A DNA stretch of 17,968 nt from a virus (Duplodnaviria; Heunggongvirae; Uroviricota; Caudoviricetes), in IMG/VR virus record IMGVR_UViG_2872185964_000004; one strand, written 5' to 3'. Below are positions 7,672-15,225 of this stretch, one piece after another. The first letter of the stretch is position 1; each line of letters opens with the position of its first letter. The position numbers were made by a program, and so were the translations under genes. The notes under the pieces were generated by a model. That model was not told the DNA's origin. It ran no database searches and worked only from the letters and a program-made list of their open reading frames with translations.

Positions 7672-8829
7672 TTAATCGTCGTCCTGTGGCAGTTCCAGAA
7701 TCTTGATCGCGTTCGAATCCACCACGCCACCGCCTAAATATTTCTGCGCGAAAATTTTGATGAAGCCCGGCTCTGTGAGGTTGTCCGGTCTGGTGCGAAC
7801 ACCTGTTTCGTGATCAACAATGTAGTAACCGCGTTTGAAGTCACCCAGGGCAATAACGTTATCCGGCATAAACTCCAGATATTCGACCGGAAGGCCCAGC
7901 AACGTATCAGGATCACCCGCCTGTAAACGGTCACGCCAGATGTAATCACCGTTCGCGTTCTTCACCTTCTGGAGTTTTGCCGCCGTCGTGGAGTTAACCA
8001 CCCAGACCGCGTTTTTGCGGTATTTTTTACGTAATGCAAATTTCAGGTCGATCAGCGGGTCCGCAGATGTCCACGCCAGAGATTCGGAAGGTTTAATTAC
8101 CTGCAACGTACCAAAATCACGCTCTTTGTCGTTCTTCTCTGCACGGGGTACGGATAAAAAGCCTTTTGCTTTTTTGTCACCGTCGCCCACAACCAGATCG
8201 CTTTCTTCGGTTTCCGTGAAGGTGTCGCCAATCTCGCCCGTCAGCCATGAAAGGATGTCCACATCGGAAAAATCCACAATTTCCTGCGTGGTGCGCGGGT
8301 ACGCATAGACCGGATACAGCTTAATGCTCACCTCGTTAATCTGCGGGGTGCTGGTCTGTTCGCGTGCCTTACCCTCTTCACCGTGGTTAACGGTCGCACC
8401 GCCAGCGGAAACAAGCTGCTTAAACTCGTTGCTGCTGATTTTCTTCACGGTACAGATGCGGCGCATGGTGGATTCATCCGTCAGCATTCGCATGATTTCG
8501 GTGTTCAGTTCGGGGATAACGGTATAACCACCATCAGCGGGAACGCCTGTACTCAATGCGCGGGTTTCACCTGTCAGAATGTAGTGACGTAGTTCGGCGG
8601 GGTCAGTGGTCTGGCTGTTTTTGCCTGGTTTACTGCGCTCTTCGTCAGCAACGGCCTCAAGGCGGGAGATGTCTTTATCGAGTGATTCAGCTTTAGCGCG
8701 TAATTCGTCAAATTTTGCGCCCTCAGCATCGTTAAGGCTGCGGTTTTCTTTTTCCGCGTTCTCCAGCATGTCGCGCATCTGATTTTTAATGGCGGTTTTC
8801 TGCTGGCGTAATTCGATTATTCTCGGCAT
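7672..8829 (-). CDS. Major capsid protein (HK97 fold) with N-terminal coiled-coil delta/scaffold-like domain
   Basis: 385 aa from the ATG at 8829 (MPRIIELRQQKTAIKNQMRDM...); charged helical N-terminal ~100 aa followed by a capsid-like body; the track ORF begins 16 codons earlier at a non-ATG start. Confidence 0.88.
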   Translation of the reverse strand: MPRIIELRQQKTAIKNQMRDMLENAEKENRSLNDAEGAKFDELRAKAESLDKDISRLEAVADEERSKPGKNSQTTDPAELRHYILTGETRALSTGVPADGGYTVIPELNTEIMRMLTDESTMRRICTVKKISSNEFKQLVSAGGATVNHGEEGKAREQTSTPQINEVSIKLYPVYAYPRTTQEIVDFSDVDILSWLTGEIGDTFTETEESDLVVGDGDKKAKGFLSVPRAEKNDKERDFGTLQVIKPSESLAWTSADPLIDLKFALRKKYRKNAVWVVNSTTAAKLQKVKNANGDYIWRDRLQAGDPDTLLGLPVEYLEFMPDNVIALGDFKRGYYIVDHETGVRTRPDNLTEPGFIKIFAQKYLGGGVVDSNAIKILELPQDDD

Positions 8830-9040
8830 AAAAAAAGTCCTGAAGTTAAGTAAGGAACTCCAGGACGCGGCAAACACTCAACCGTTTTTCATAAGGAAAT
8901 CAGCAATCGCACCGATCGTTTTCCCGCCTGGTAATGAATATTGGCGAGCACATTAACAGGCGGGAAAGTGGCCCCAGCGTCCTGGCACCACGGGCGAGAA
9001 TAATCATGATTCAGTTCGGGTAAAATATGCCGATCCGGTC

Positions 9041-9070
9041 AGCGAACAACGTGGAACAACCACGAACAAA
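9041..9070 (+). repeat. Three 10-bp-phased GAACAA repeats (site B) in the promoter region of the head operon
   Basis: GAACAA at 9044-9049, 9054-9059 and 9064-9069; 15-mer AACAACGTGGAACAA at 9045-9059 is identical to site A; lies between the terminator and the capsid gene. Confidence 0.55.
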
Positions 9071-9086
9071 TAATTTACAAAACATG

Positions 9087-9109
9087 ACAAAAAGCCGGAT
9101 TGCTCCGGC
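9087..9109 (-). terminator. Rho-independent terminator closing the replication/early operon
   Basis: On the minus strand: GCCGGA-GCAA-TCCGGC (perfect 6-bp stem, GNRA-like loop) immediately followed by TTTTTGT. Confidence 0.65.
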
Positions 9110-9116
9110 TGTGTGA

Positions 9117-9389
9117 TTATCTGTCCTGGTAATTTCGCCATATTTCATCACCAGCACCATCCATACCCATTTCGGCATAAGTGCGATCGACCGCCTTTTT
9201 CAGGTCTCCGTAATTATCCGGCGGCTCCGGTGGCCTCTGTGCCTTCCTGGAACATTCCAGCCGTCGCATCGTGATGTGATGCCGTTCCTTGTCTGTCTCC
9301 ACCAGTTGCATGACTTCACCCCATCGCGCCGACGCTCTCCGGTAAAAGCCTTTCGCCTCCAGTTCTTCCGCTATGCGGTCATGTACCAT
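9117..9389 (-). CDS. Hypothetical small protein (90 aa), possible regulator
   Basis: ATG at 9389 with GAGGGG Shine-Dalgarno (the track ORF starts at an upstream GTG); charged helical protein. Confidence 0.5.
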   Translation of the reverse strand: MVHDRIAEELEAKGFYRRASARWGEVMQLVETDKERHHITMRRLECSRKAQRPPEPPDNYGDLKKAVDRTYAEMGMDGAGDEIWRNYQDR

Positions 9390-9401
9390 CGTCCCCACCC
9401 C

Positions 9402-9812
9402 TCAGAACGGAATATCATCACCGTAAGGGTCATCGCCTCCCGCTGGTGGCTGATTACCCTGTGTGCCTGTGGTCTTGCGTCGGCTCCCACCAGGACGTGC
9501 CGCACGGGCACTGATTACGCTGTCTGCAATAACCTGATAACCCTGCCGCGTTTCCCCGTTCTGTCCGGTCCACTGGCTGACCTGCATCGTGCCGGATACG
9601 CTGGCAACGTCGCCTTTTTGATGTTTAGCCAGGAAGTCGGCCTGCTTACCAAATGCGATGACCGATAGCCATAACGTCGCCTGTCCATCCTGTGCCTGGC
9701 TGCATGGCAGCGATACCGCCATACGCGCCAGCGTCATCGGTGTACCCTTGCTGGTCTGTTTTACCTGCGGGTCGTCCACCAGCCGCCCGTAAGCTGCAAT
9801 TTGTGCTGTCAT
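9402..9812 (-). CDS. ssb: Single-stranded DNA-binding protein
   Basis: 136 aa; OB-fold-like N-terminus, Gly/Pro/Gln-rich linker and the diagnostic acidic C-terminal tail ...DDPYGDDIPF; ATG at 9812 with GAGGTGG Shine-Dalgarno. Confidence 0.85.
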   Translation of the reverse strand: MTAQIAAYGRLVDDPQVKQTSKGTPMTLARMAVSLPCSQAQDGQATLWLSVIAFGKQADFLAKHQKGDVASVSGTMQVSQWTGQNGETRQGYQVIADSVISARAARPGGSRRKTTGTQGNQPPAGGDDPYGDDIPF

Positions 9813-9821
9813 ATTGCCACC

Positions 9822-10112
9822 TCAGTGAAGCGATCCGGCGTTGTTCTTTTTCATCTCTTCCATCATTTTTTCAGTGAGCATTACGCACTGAAAACCCATG
9901 TTTTTGATGTCTACGGGTTTCATGCCTTTGTCAGTGGATATCACAGGCAGAATATCCTGATACACATCGCGGTCAGGGTAACTAAGCACACAAAGCGCCC
10001 ATGATGCCACGGGTGAGGATCCTTCGTCTGTTTCAACCCACCAGCCTGGTGTAGCTGCGCTTATTTGCTGAATCGTGATCCGTCCGTTGTGCTTGTAAAG
10101 TTTTTTCACCAA
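9822..10112 (-). CDS. Hypothetical protein (~96 aa)
   Basis: ORF with a non-ATG (TTG/GTG) start near 10109-10112; no motifs recognised. A separate 31-codon ATG ORF overlaps the upstream stop in another frame. Confidence 0.4.
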   Translation of the reverse strand: MVKKLYKHNGRITIQQISAATPGWWVETDEGSSPVASWALCVLSYPDRDVYQDILPVISTDKGMKPVDIKNMGFQCVMLTEKMMEEMKKNNAGSLH

Positions 10113-10124
10113 ATTTTGGTTCGC

Positions 10125-10376
10125 TCATGATTCCAACTCTCCGGTTTTAACGTTGATTGTTGTTACCTGTTCCGCTTCGGCAATCTCCCGTTCTGTCAGC
10201 GTGGCAAAGTTTGCCGCCGCCGTGGTCATGAATGCGCTTATCAGGTCGGGATGTTCCTTCGCGTATCCTTCCCGCGTGTGGCGGTCTATCATTCTGATTG
10301 CCACCTTTAAGGTGTGCTCAGTCATGTCTAACGCTTTATATTTTGGCTCTGTTCTGTCTCTGCGTTTTTGGGTCAT
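10125..10376 (-). CDS. Hypothetical protein (83 aa)
   Basis: ATG at 10376 with GAGAGG Shine-Dalgarno; the track ORF begins upstream inside the iteron region. Confidence 0.45.
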   Translation of the reverse strand: MTQKRRDRTEPKYKALDMTEHTLKVAIRMIDRHTREGYAKEHPDLISAFMTTAAANFATLTEREIAEAEQVTTINVKTGELES

Positions 10377-10388
10377 TTCTCGCAACCT

Positions 10389-10576
10389 CTCACTTTTTCG
10401 CCTCACTTTTTCAAGCGTCTCACTTCGTCGCAGTTGGGATTTTCGGTTTTTCTATGTGTGTGTTTCATAAGTATTTTTTTACCCCTCACTTTTGAGGATG
10501 TATACAGGTCGAAAAGTGAGGGGAGCGGGCTAATTTTGGCCCTCTTTCTACCCCCTCGCTTTTGCTCCTCACTTTT
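10389..10576. repeat. Iteron cluster (CTCACTTTT) with an embedded 12-bp inverted repeat; putative replication origin
   Basis: CTCACTTTT or variants at 10389-10397, 10402-10410, 10419-10426, 10485-10493, 10555-10563, 10568-10576. Inverted pair CCCCTCACTTTT (10482-10493) / AAAAGTGAGGGG (10512-10523) with an 18-bp spacer. Sits immediately 3' of the RepA-like ATPase gene. Confidence 0.5.
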
Positions 10577-11558
10577 ATAGCGGCGCTACATCATCCCCAT
10601 CGATACGAATAACCCCATCTTTTTCCAGCTTGTACAGCCAGCGCCGGAAGTTTTTCATTTCATACCCCAGCTTTTTCATGTCATCACGTAACAGCTGGAT
10701 CGTGCACTTGTCGCCGTTCTGTGTGCGTGAACGGATGCACCCCCATAGCGCGGTATGGTTTTCCGTCTTGTTCCCTGCCTCCTCTATGCGCTCCAGTTCA
10801 ACAGGAGGGCGCGGATCATCCACCACCACCAGCGACGTGATTAATTCACCGTCAGCGTCGGTAAAAAGCTCCACCACGCGTAAGTCATATGCGGCTTCTT
10901 TGAGTTCCTCCGCGTCCTTCATTTTGGTGCATGAGATAACCAGCGCTTCGCTTCCTGCGTCCTCCCTGCGTATCCGGTATTCAGCATCCAGCGAAGCACG
11001 AAATGCACTGGAGCCGCGCGCGCCTTTCGTCTCATCCTTGCCGGAATGGTGAACCACCAGCACCGTGGCCCCTGTGCGTCGTTTCAGTTCGTCACAACCA
11101 CGGATAAACGCCCCCATATCACGGGAATCATTTTCATCATTCCCACCAAAGCAACGCGCCAGCGTATCCAGAATAATCATGCGTACAGGTTTACCCGTTT
11201 CCCGCTCCACCTGACGGGCAGCGATAACCATTTCATCAACATCAAGCGGGGCAGCCGGAAAGATGGGGCGGTTTACCAGATACAGATTTTTCACCTGCTC
11301 ATCGTGCACAACCTCCCAGGCTTTTACACGACGCGGAACACCTATACCGCCTTCACCAACCACATAGAGAACCGCACCATGTGCAACCCTGCGGCCTCCC
11401 CACTGGCGACCAGTGGCAACATGGCACGCCCACGATCCGGCAAGGAATGATTTATAGGACCCGCTAGCCCCGTATATGCTGCATAGCGATACCGCCGGAA
11501 TAATCCCCTTAACCACGTAATCCAGTTGCGTGTCGTATCCGGTAGATCCAACGCTCAT
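10575..11558 (-). CDS. AAA_25 / RepA-like RecA-fold ATPase (replication helicase-like protein)
   Basis: P-loop GASGSYKS, Walker B IILDTL, and the HHSGK...RGSSAF motif characteristic of RepA/DnaB-like ATPases. Start placed at ATG 11558, which overlaps the upstream stop (ATGA at 11555-11558); an in-frame ATG at 11660 is the alternative. Confidence 0.75.
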   Translation of the reverse strand: MSVGSTGYDTQLDYVVKGIIPAVSLCSIYGASGSYKSFLAGSWACHVATGRQWGGRRVAHGAVLYVVGEGGIGVPRRVKAWEVVHDEQVKNLYLVNRPIFPAAPLDVDEMVIAARQVERETGKPVRMIILDTLARCFGGNDENDSRDMGAFIRGCDELKRRTGATVLVVHHSGKDETKGARGSSAFRASLDAEYRIRREDAGSEALVISCTKMKDAEELKEAAYDLRVVELFTDADGELITSLVVVDDPRPPVELERIEEAGNKTENHTALWGCIRSRTQNGDKCTIQLLRDDMKKLGYEMKNFRRWLYKLEKDGVIRIDGDDVAPL

Positions 11559-11974
11559 CGGTAGCGTGGTTTTTCGCTGGTGGTTTTTTTCTTCCACCGG
11601 CTCTTTCCCGCGCACCCGTTCCAGGTATTCGCGCCAGTTCTCCCGCATATGGCTGTGCATCCCTTCGGGTAATAATTCGCATCAGTTACACCCGCCGCCG
11701 CCAGCTTGTGCGCAATGGCATTAATATTTGATGGCCTGATGTGGCCTGCCTTGTACAGCCGGACACAATAGCGCCCCTCGTCGATGATTCTCAGGTCTGC
11801 CAGTTCATCCAGTTGATCATCAGCCAGCACAACGGGAGGCACATTATCGCCAGCCAGTCGCCCGTCCTGTTCCTGCCACTGTTTCGCATGTGCCCAGGCA
11901 TCACTACCCGCAAAAATAATGACTTCGGTCATCTTGTCGTAAGGCTGTTTTTTTAAGTTCGGTGCGCTTTTCAT
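11555..11974 (-). CDS. Hypothetical protein (139 aa), co-translated with the ATPase
   Basis: ATG at 11974 overlapping the upstream stop (ATGA at 11971-11974); no confident motif. Confidence 0.5.
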   Translation of the reverse strand: MKSAPNLKKQPYDKMTEVIIFAGSDAWAHAKQWQEQDGRLAGDNVPPVVLADDQLDELADLRIIDEGRYCVRLYKAGHIRPSNINAIAHKLAAAGVTDANYYPKGCTAICGRTGANTWNGCAGKSRWKKKTTSEKPRYR

Positions 11975-12270
11975 TTCTTGCCCCTGAATCCGTTAATCAT
12001 GGTTTTCAGCTTCTGGATGTTTGCCCGTGCCCTGGCGTTGCTGGTGGGCACGTTATGCGGCGCGGTCTGTACCAGAGAAAAATCACGCCGGAACTGATAA
12101 ACAGACATCACGCAATCATATTCGTAACCTTCACGGCGGTAGGTTACACGCCGTTCTTCCACGCCCTTAATCATTACCGTGCCGCCGTACTGGTCGCGGT
12201 AAATATCACCGCGCGTAAATTTAGGGTGAGTGTTGCCACTGGCAGTTAAGCCAGAATATTTAAGTTTCAT
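11971..12270 (-). CDS. Hypothetical protein (99 aa)
   Basis: ATG at 12270 with GGAG upstream; basic protein. Confidence 0.5.
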   Translation of the reverse strand: MKLKYSGLTASGNTHPKFTRGDIYRDQYGGTVMIKGVEERRVTYRREGYEYDCVMSVYQFRRDFSLVQTAPHNVPTSNARARANIQKLKTMINGFRGKK

Positions 12271-12275
12271 TATTT

Positions 12276-12509
12276 TTATTCTCCGGTGTGCTGTTCTTTA
12301 TATCTGTCGTGCAATAGATCTATTTCTTGCAGTTCCATTATTACAGGCTCAAGAAGCGTTATTAATGCCGTGGCAATTCTTGATTTTTGTTCGTCGCGTT
12401 CATTGTCGCCAAGTGTTTCAAGCCATATGCGCAATATTTCCAGCATGTTTTCACTGTGAGAAAGTGCAAGAAATGCGCGGTCTATTGTTTCGTGGTAAAT
12501 ATCACGCAT
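12276..12509 (-). CDS. Hypothetical protein (77 aa), first gene of the replication operon
   Basis: ATG at 12509 with GAGGA Shine-Dalgarno; the IS1 composite is inserted 76 bp upstream of this start codon. Confidence 0.5.
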   Translation of the reverse strand: MRDIYHETIDRAFLALSHSENMLEILRIWLETLGDNERDEQKSRIATALITLLEPVIMELQEIDLLHDRYKEQHTGE

Positions 12510-12576
12510 GGCTTACATCCTCAGGAAATTTTCTTCTGTAACGCGCCTCTGCCACATATTCCGCATAATCGGCGGC

Positions 12577-12585
12577 GATATTCAG
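12577..12585. repeat. 9-bp target-site duplication GATATTCAG (left copy)
   Basis: Identical 9-mer directly abuts the outer IS1 ends at 12577-12585 and 14098-14106. Confidence 0.85.
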
Positions 12586-13329
12586 GGTGATGCTGCCAAC
12601 TTACTGATTTAGTGTATGATGGTGTTTTTGAGGTGCTCCAGTGGCTTCTGTTTCTATCAGCTGTCCCTCCTGTTCAGCTACTGACGGGGTGGTGCGTAAC
12701 GGCAAAAGCACTGCCGGACATCAGCGCTATCTCTGCTCTCACTGCCGTAAAACATGGCAACTGCAGTTCACTTACACCGCTTCTCAACCCGGTACGCACC
12801 AGAAAATTATTGATATGGCCATGAATGGCGTTGGATGCCGGGCAACTGCACGCATTATGGGCGTTAGCCTCAACACGATTTTACGTCACTTAAAAAACTC
12901 AGGCCGCAGTCGGTAACCTCGCGCATACAGCCGGGCAGTGACGTCATCGTCTGCGCGGAAATGGACGAACAGTGGGGATACGTCGGGGCTAAATCGCGCC
13001 AGCGCTGGCTGTTTTACGCGTATGACAGGCTCCGGAAGACGGTTGTTGCGCACGTATTCGGTGAACGCACTATGGCGACGCTGGGGCGTCTTATGAGCTT
13101 GCTGTCACCCTTTGACGTGGTGATATGGATGACGGATGGCTGGCCACTGTATGAATCCCGCCTGAAGGGAAAGCTGCACGTAATCAGCAAGCGATATACG
13201 CAGCGAATTGAGCGGCATAACCTGAATCTGAGGCAGCACCTGGCACGGCTGGGACGGAAGTCGCTGTCGTTCTCAAAATCGGTGGAGCTGCATGACAAAG
13301 TCATCGGGCATTATCTGAACATAAAACAC
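12586..13329 (+). mobile_element. IS1 copy 1 (744 bp, lacks the right terminal inverted repeat)
   Basis: Begins with the IS1 left inverted repeat GGTGATGCTGCCAACTTACTGAT; contains insA, the A6C frameshift motif (12892-12898) and the insB frame; ends at ...AACATAAAACAC and is directly abutted by copy 2. Confidence 0.93.
12641..12916 (+). CDS. insA: IS1 InsA (copy 1)
   Basis: 91-aa product [22 protein letters not shown]...[11 protein letters not shown] start. Confidence 0.93.
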   Translation: MASVSISCPSCSATDGVVRNGKSTAGHQRYLCSHCRKTWQLQFTYTASQPGTHQKIIDMAMNGVGCRATARIMGVSLNTILRHLKNSGRSR

Positions 13330-13356
13330 GGTAATGCTGCCAACTTACTGATTTAG
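12868..13356 (+). CDS. insB: IS1 insB reading frame (copy 1), expressed as the InsAB' transposase by -1 frameshift
   Basis: insB frame with transposase motifs. An in-frame TAG at 12865-12867 lies upstream of the frameshift site, so the fusion is unaffected. The C-terminus is altered (...[12 protein letters not shown]) because the frame runs into copy 2. Confidence 0.8.
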   Translation, partial: PQHDFTSLKKLRPQSVTSRIQPGSDVIVCAEMDEQWGYVGAKSRQRWLFYAYDRLRKTVVAHVFGERTMATLGRLMSLLSPFDVVIWMTDGWPLYESRLKGKLHVISKRYTQRIERHNLNLRQHLARLGRKSLSFSKSVELHDKVIGHYLNIKHGNAANLLI

Positions 13357-13384
13357 TGTATGATGGTGATTTTAAGGTGCTTGC

Positions 13385-13660
13385 GTGGCTTCCATTTCCA
13401 TCAGATGTCCTTCCTGCTCCGCTACTGAAGGCGTGGTGCGTAACGGCAAAAGCACTGCCGGACATCAGCGCTATCTCTGCTCTCATTGCCGTAAAACATG
13501 GCAACTACAGTTCACTTACACCGCCTCTCAGCCCGGTACGCACCAGAAAATCATTGATATGGCCATGAATGGCGTCGGATGTCGCGCCAGTGCACGCATT
13601 ATGGGCGTTGGCCTCAACACGGTTTTACGTCACTTAAAAAACTCAGGCCGCAGTCGGTAA
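13385..13660 (+). CDS. insA: IS1 InsA (copy 2)
   Basis: 91-aa product [22 protein letters not shown]...; A6C frameshift motif at 13636-13642. Confidence 0.93.
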   Translation: MASISIRCPSCSATEGVVRNGKSTAGHQRYLCSHCRKTWQLQFTYTASQPGTHQKIIDMAMNGVGCRASARIMGVGLNTVLRHLKNSGRSR

Positions 13661-14082
13661 CCTCGCGCATACAACCGGGCAGTGATGTGATTGTCTGCGC
13701 TGAAATGGACGAACAGTGGGGCTACGTCGGTGCTAAATCACGTCAGCGCTGGCTGTTTTACGCGTATGACAGGATACGGAGGAGGGTTGTGGCGCACGTC
13801 TTCGGTGAACGCACTCTGGCCACACTGGAGCGTCTTCTGAGCCTGCTGTCGGCCTTTGAGGTCGTGGTATGGATGACGGATGGCTGGCCGCTGTATGAAT
13901 CACGCCTGAAGGGAAAGCTGCACGTTATCAGCAAGCGTTACACTCAGCGCATTGAGCGACATAATCTGAATCTGAGACAACATCTGGCAAGGCTGGGACG
14001 GAAGTCACTGTCGTTCTCAAAATCGGTGGAGCTGCATGACAAGGTCATCGGGCATTATCTGAACATAAAACACTATCAGTAA
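13579..14082 (+). CDS. insB: IS1 InsB (copy 2)
   Basis: 167-aa ORF ending ...HYLNIKHYQ, the canonical InsB C-terminus. Confidence 0.9.
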   Translation: MSRQCTHYGRWPQHGFTSLKKLRPQSVTSRIQPGSDVIVCAEMDEQWGYVGAKSRQRWLFYAYDRIRRRVVAHVFGERTLATLERLLSLLSAFEVVVWMTDGWPLYESRLKGKLHVISKRYTQRIERHNLNLRQHLARLGRKSLSFSKSVELHDKVIGHYLNIKHYQ

Positions 14083-14097
14083 GTTGGAGTCATTACC

Positions 14098-14106
14098 GAT
14101 ATTCAG
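14098..14106. repeat. 9-bp target-site duplication GATATTCAG (right copy)
   Basis: Matches 12577-12585 exactly. Confidence 0.85.
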
Positions 14107-14247
14107 TACATCAAGCCCGTTGATTTATATTCTCTCGTGGAAAGTAAGAAAAAAGCCGCTCTAATAAGTTCTGGCATTGACGAAAGCGCACCAGCCGCAT
14201 CATCAGGAACGCCGGAAAATTCCTGTTTCAGGGAATTAAAACGATCA

Positions 14248-14613
14248 TCACGCATGTTTACCCCCCTGAATGACCTGATAACCGCAACTGGTCAGCAACT
14301 CGATAAATTCCGGCAGTGTGCCGAAACAGCAATCATCACGCAGCCGTTCGCAGGATACCTCGACGCCGTTTTCGTAGTGACTCACCATACATCCGGTAAA
14401 ATGCAGATCATCATCGTGATGGCTCGTTGACGGCTTAATCAGTCGCGCACGTTCCGCCAGTTCTAGCAATGCTTCAACGCTTCCGGCAATTGCACCATCC
14501 GGCAGGTGATAATTACGCACTATGCGCCCGTTCTCCACATTGACCAGCAACTGCCCGGTAAATTTCTCGTCAAACTGAATGCTGTTAAGGTCAGAAATTG
14601 ACAGGTTATGCAT
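14248..14613 (-). CDS. Hypothetical protein C (121 aa), third gene of a small three-gene operon
   Basis: ATG at 14613 with AGGAGG Shine-Dalgarno, 2 nt after the stop of gene B. Weak, unverified resemblance to CbeA/YfjZ-type antitoxins (LVNVENGRIVRNYHLPDGA; ...SCGYQV). Confidence 0.6.
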   Translation of the reverse strand: MHNLSISDLNSIQFDEKFTGQLLVNVENGRIVRNYHLPDGAIAGSVEALLELAERARLIKPSTSHHDDDLHFTGCMVSHYENGVEVSCERLRDDCCFGTLPEFIELLTSCGYQVIQGGKHA

Positions 14614-14830
14614 GGTGCACCTCCTGCACATCAGCCATGATAATTTTTCCGGCCTTATCCAGTGCCTGATCGGCTTTTAGCTGCACAAATGCTAAATAAT
14701 GGAAGATGCATTCTGATTCTCTGGCTGCGTGTTTATGCGCCCTGTCAGCAATAACAGAAATATCAATCAGCGCATGCATTAGCGTTATGATGGCTTCGGC
14801 GGCTGCGTCCGGACGGGTGTTATTGCACAT
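14606..14830 (-). CDS. Hypothetical protein B (74 aa)
   Basis: ATG at 14830 with AGGAGG Shine-Dalgarno; overlaps the gene A 3' end by 11 nt. Confidence 0.6.
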   Translation of the reverse strand: MCNNTRPDAAAEAIITLMHALIDISVIADRAHKHAARESECIFHYLAFVQLKADQALDKAGKIIMADVQEVHHA

Positions 14831-15026
14831 GGCACACCTCCTGACGAATACGGGCAGCGAATACCATCACGCAGCCAGCCGGGGATTGCTGGCGTGCTTC
14901 CTGTTCGCTGGTGGCCTCGATGGTAATCACGCGCGGTTGTGCCGTGCTCAGGGCGATAAAACGCCAGATGTATTTATTCAGGTCGTGCGAGTCCCGCCCT
15001 TGCGGGTGTGTGGTATGATTTCTCAT
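14820..15026 (-). CDS. Hypothetical protein A (68 aa), first gene of the leftward operon
   Basis: ATG at 15026 with GAGG Shine-Dalgarno. This is the only credible part of the 333-aa track ORF 14820-15821, whose remainder crosses the operator region and is antisense to the RHH gene. Confidence 0.55.
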   Translation of the reverse strand: MRNHTTHPQGRDSHDLNKYIWRFIALSTAQPRVITIEATSEQEARQQSPAGCVMVFAARIRQEVCHVQ

Positions 15027-15123
15027 AGCTGCCTCGATACTTTCGCTATCGTTGGTGGTTAGAAGCCCGGTTAGTGTTAGCGCACTGCCGGGTTTCGTCG
15101 TTTCTGCACCTTGCGCCAACAAG

Positions 15124-15175
15124 GTGTTGAACACCAATTTAAACCCAGGTGTTAAACACGTCAAGTGTTGAACAC
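15124..15175. promoter_or_regulatory. Three palindromic operator-like sites GTGTT(G/A)AACAC in a divergent promoter region
   Basis: GTGTTGAACAC 15124-15134, GTGTTAAACAC 15149-15159, GTGTTGAACAC 15165-15175. A candidate sigma70 promoter for the RHH gene (-35 TTGAAC 15168-15173, 17-bp spacer, -10 CATACT 15191-15196) overlaps the third site. Confidence 0.6.
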
Positions 15176-15225
15176 TTATTTTTTTTCCTGCATACTGCAT
15201 TTGTTTTTTATGAGGGGTACACCAC

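Larger units (their letters stand above)
13330..14097 (+). mobile_element. IS1 copy 2 (768 bp, complete, divergent isoform)
   Basis: Starts GGTAATGCTGCCAACTTACTGAT and ends ...ATCAGTAAGTTGGAGTCATTACC; about 10 percent nucleotide divergence from copy 1 in the first 120 bp. Confidence 0.93.

Noticed and set aside
9822-10128. 31-codon ATG ORF (MSEPKFGEKTLQAQRTDHDSANKRSYTRLVG) overlapping the stop of the upstream gene
   Set aside because: It is in a different frame from the longer 96-aa ORF and terminates quickly; kept only as a note that the true start of the 9822-10112 gene is uncertain.
12586-14097. Simple in-situ tandem duplication of one IS1
   Set aside because: The two copies differ at many positions (roughly 10 percent in the first 120 bp and several InsA residues) and copy 2 starts with a different end variant (GGTAATG), so they are distinct isoforms joined before or during transposition.
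14137-14430. 97-aa plus-strand ORF
   Set aside because: Antisense to gene C, which has a strong Shine-Dalgarno and operon context; no ribosome-binding site of its own.
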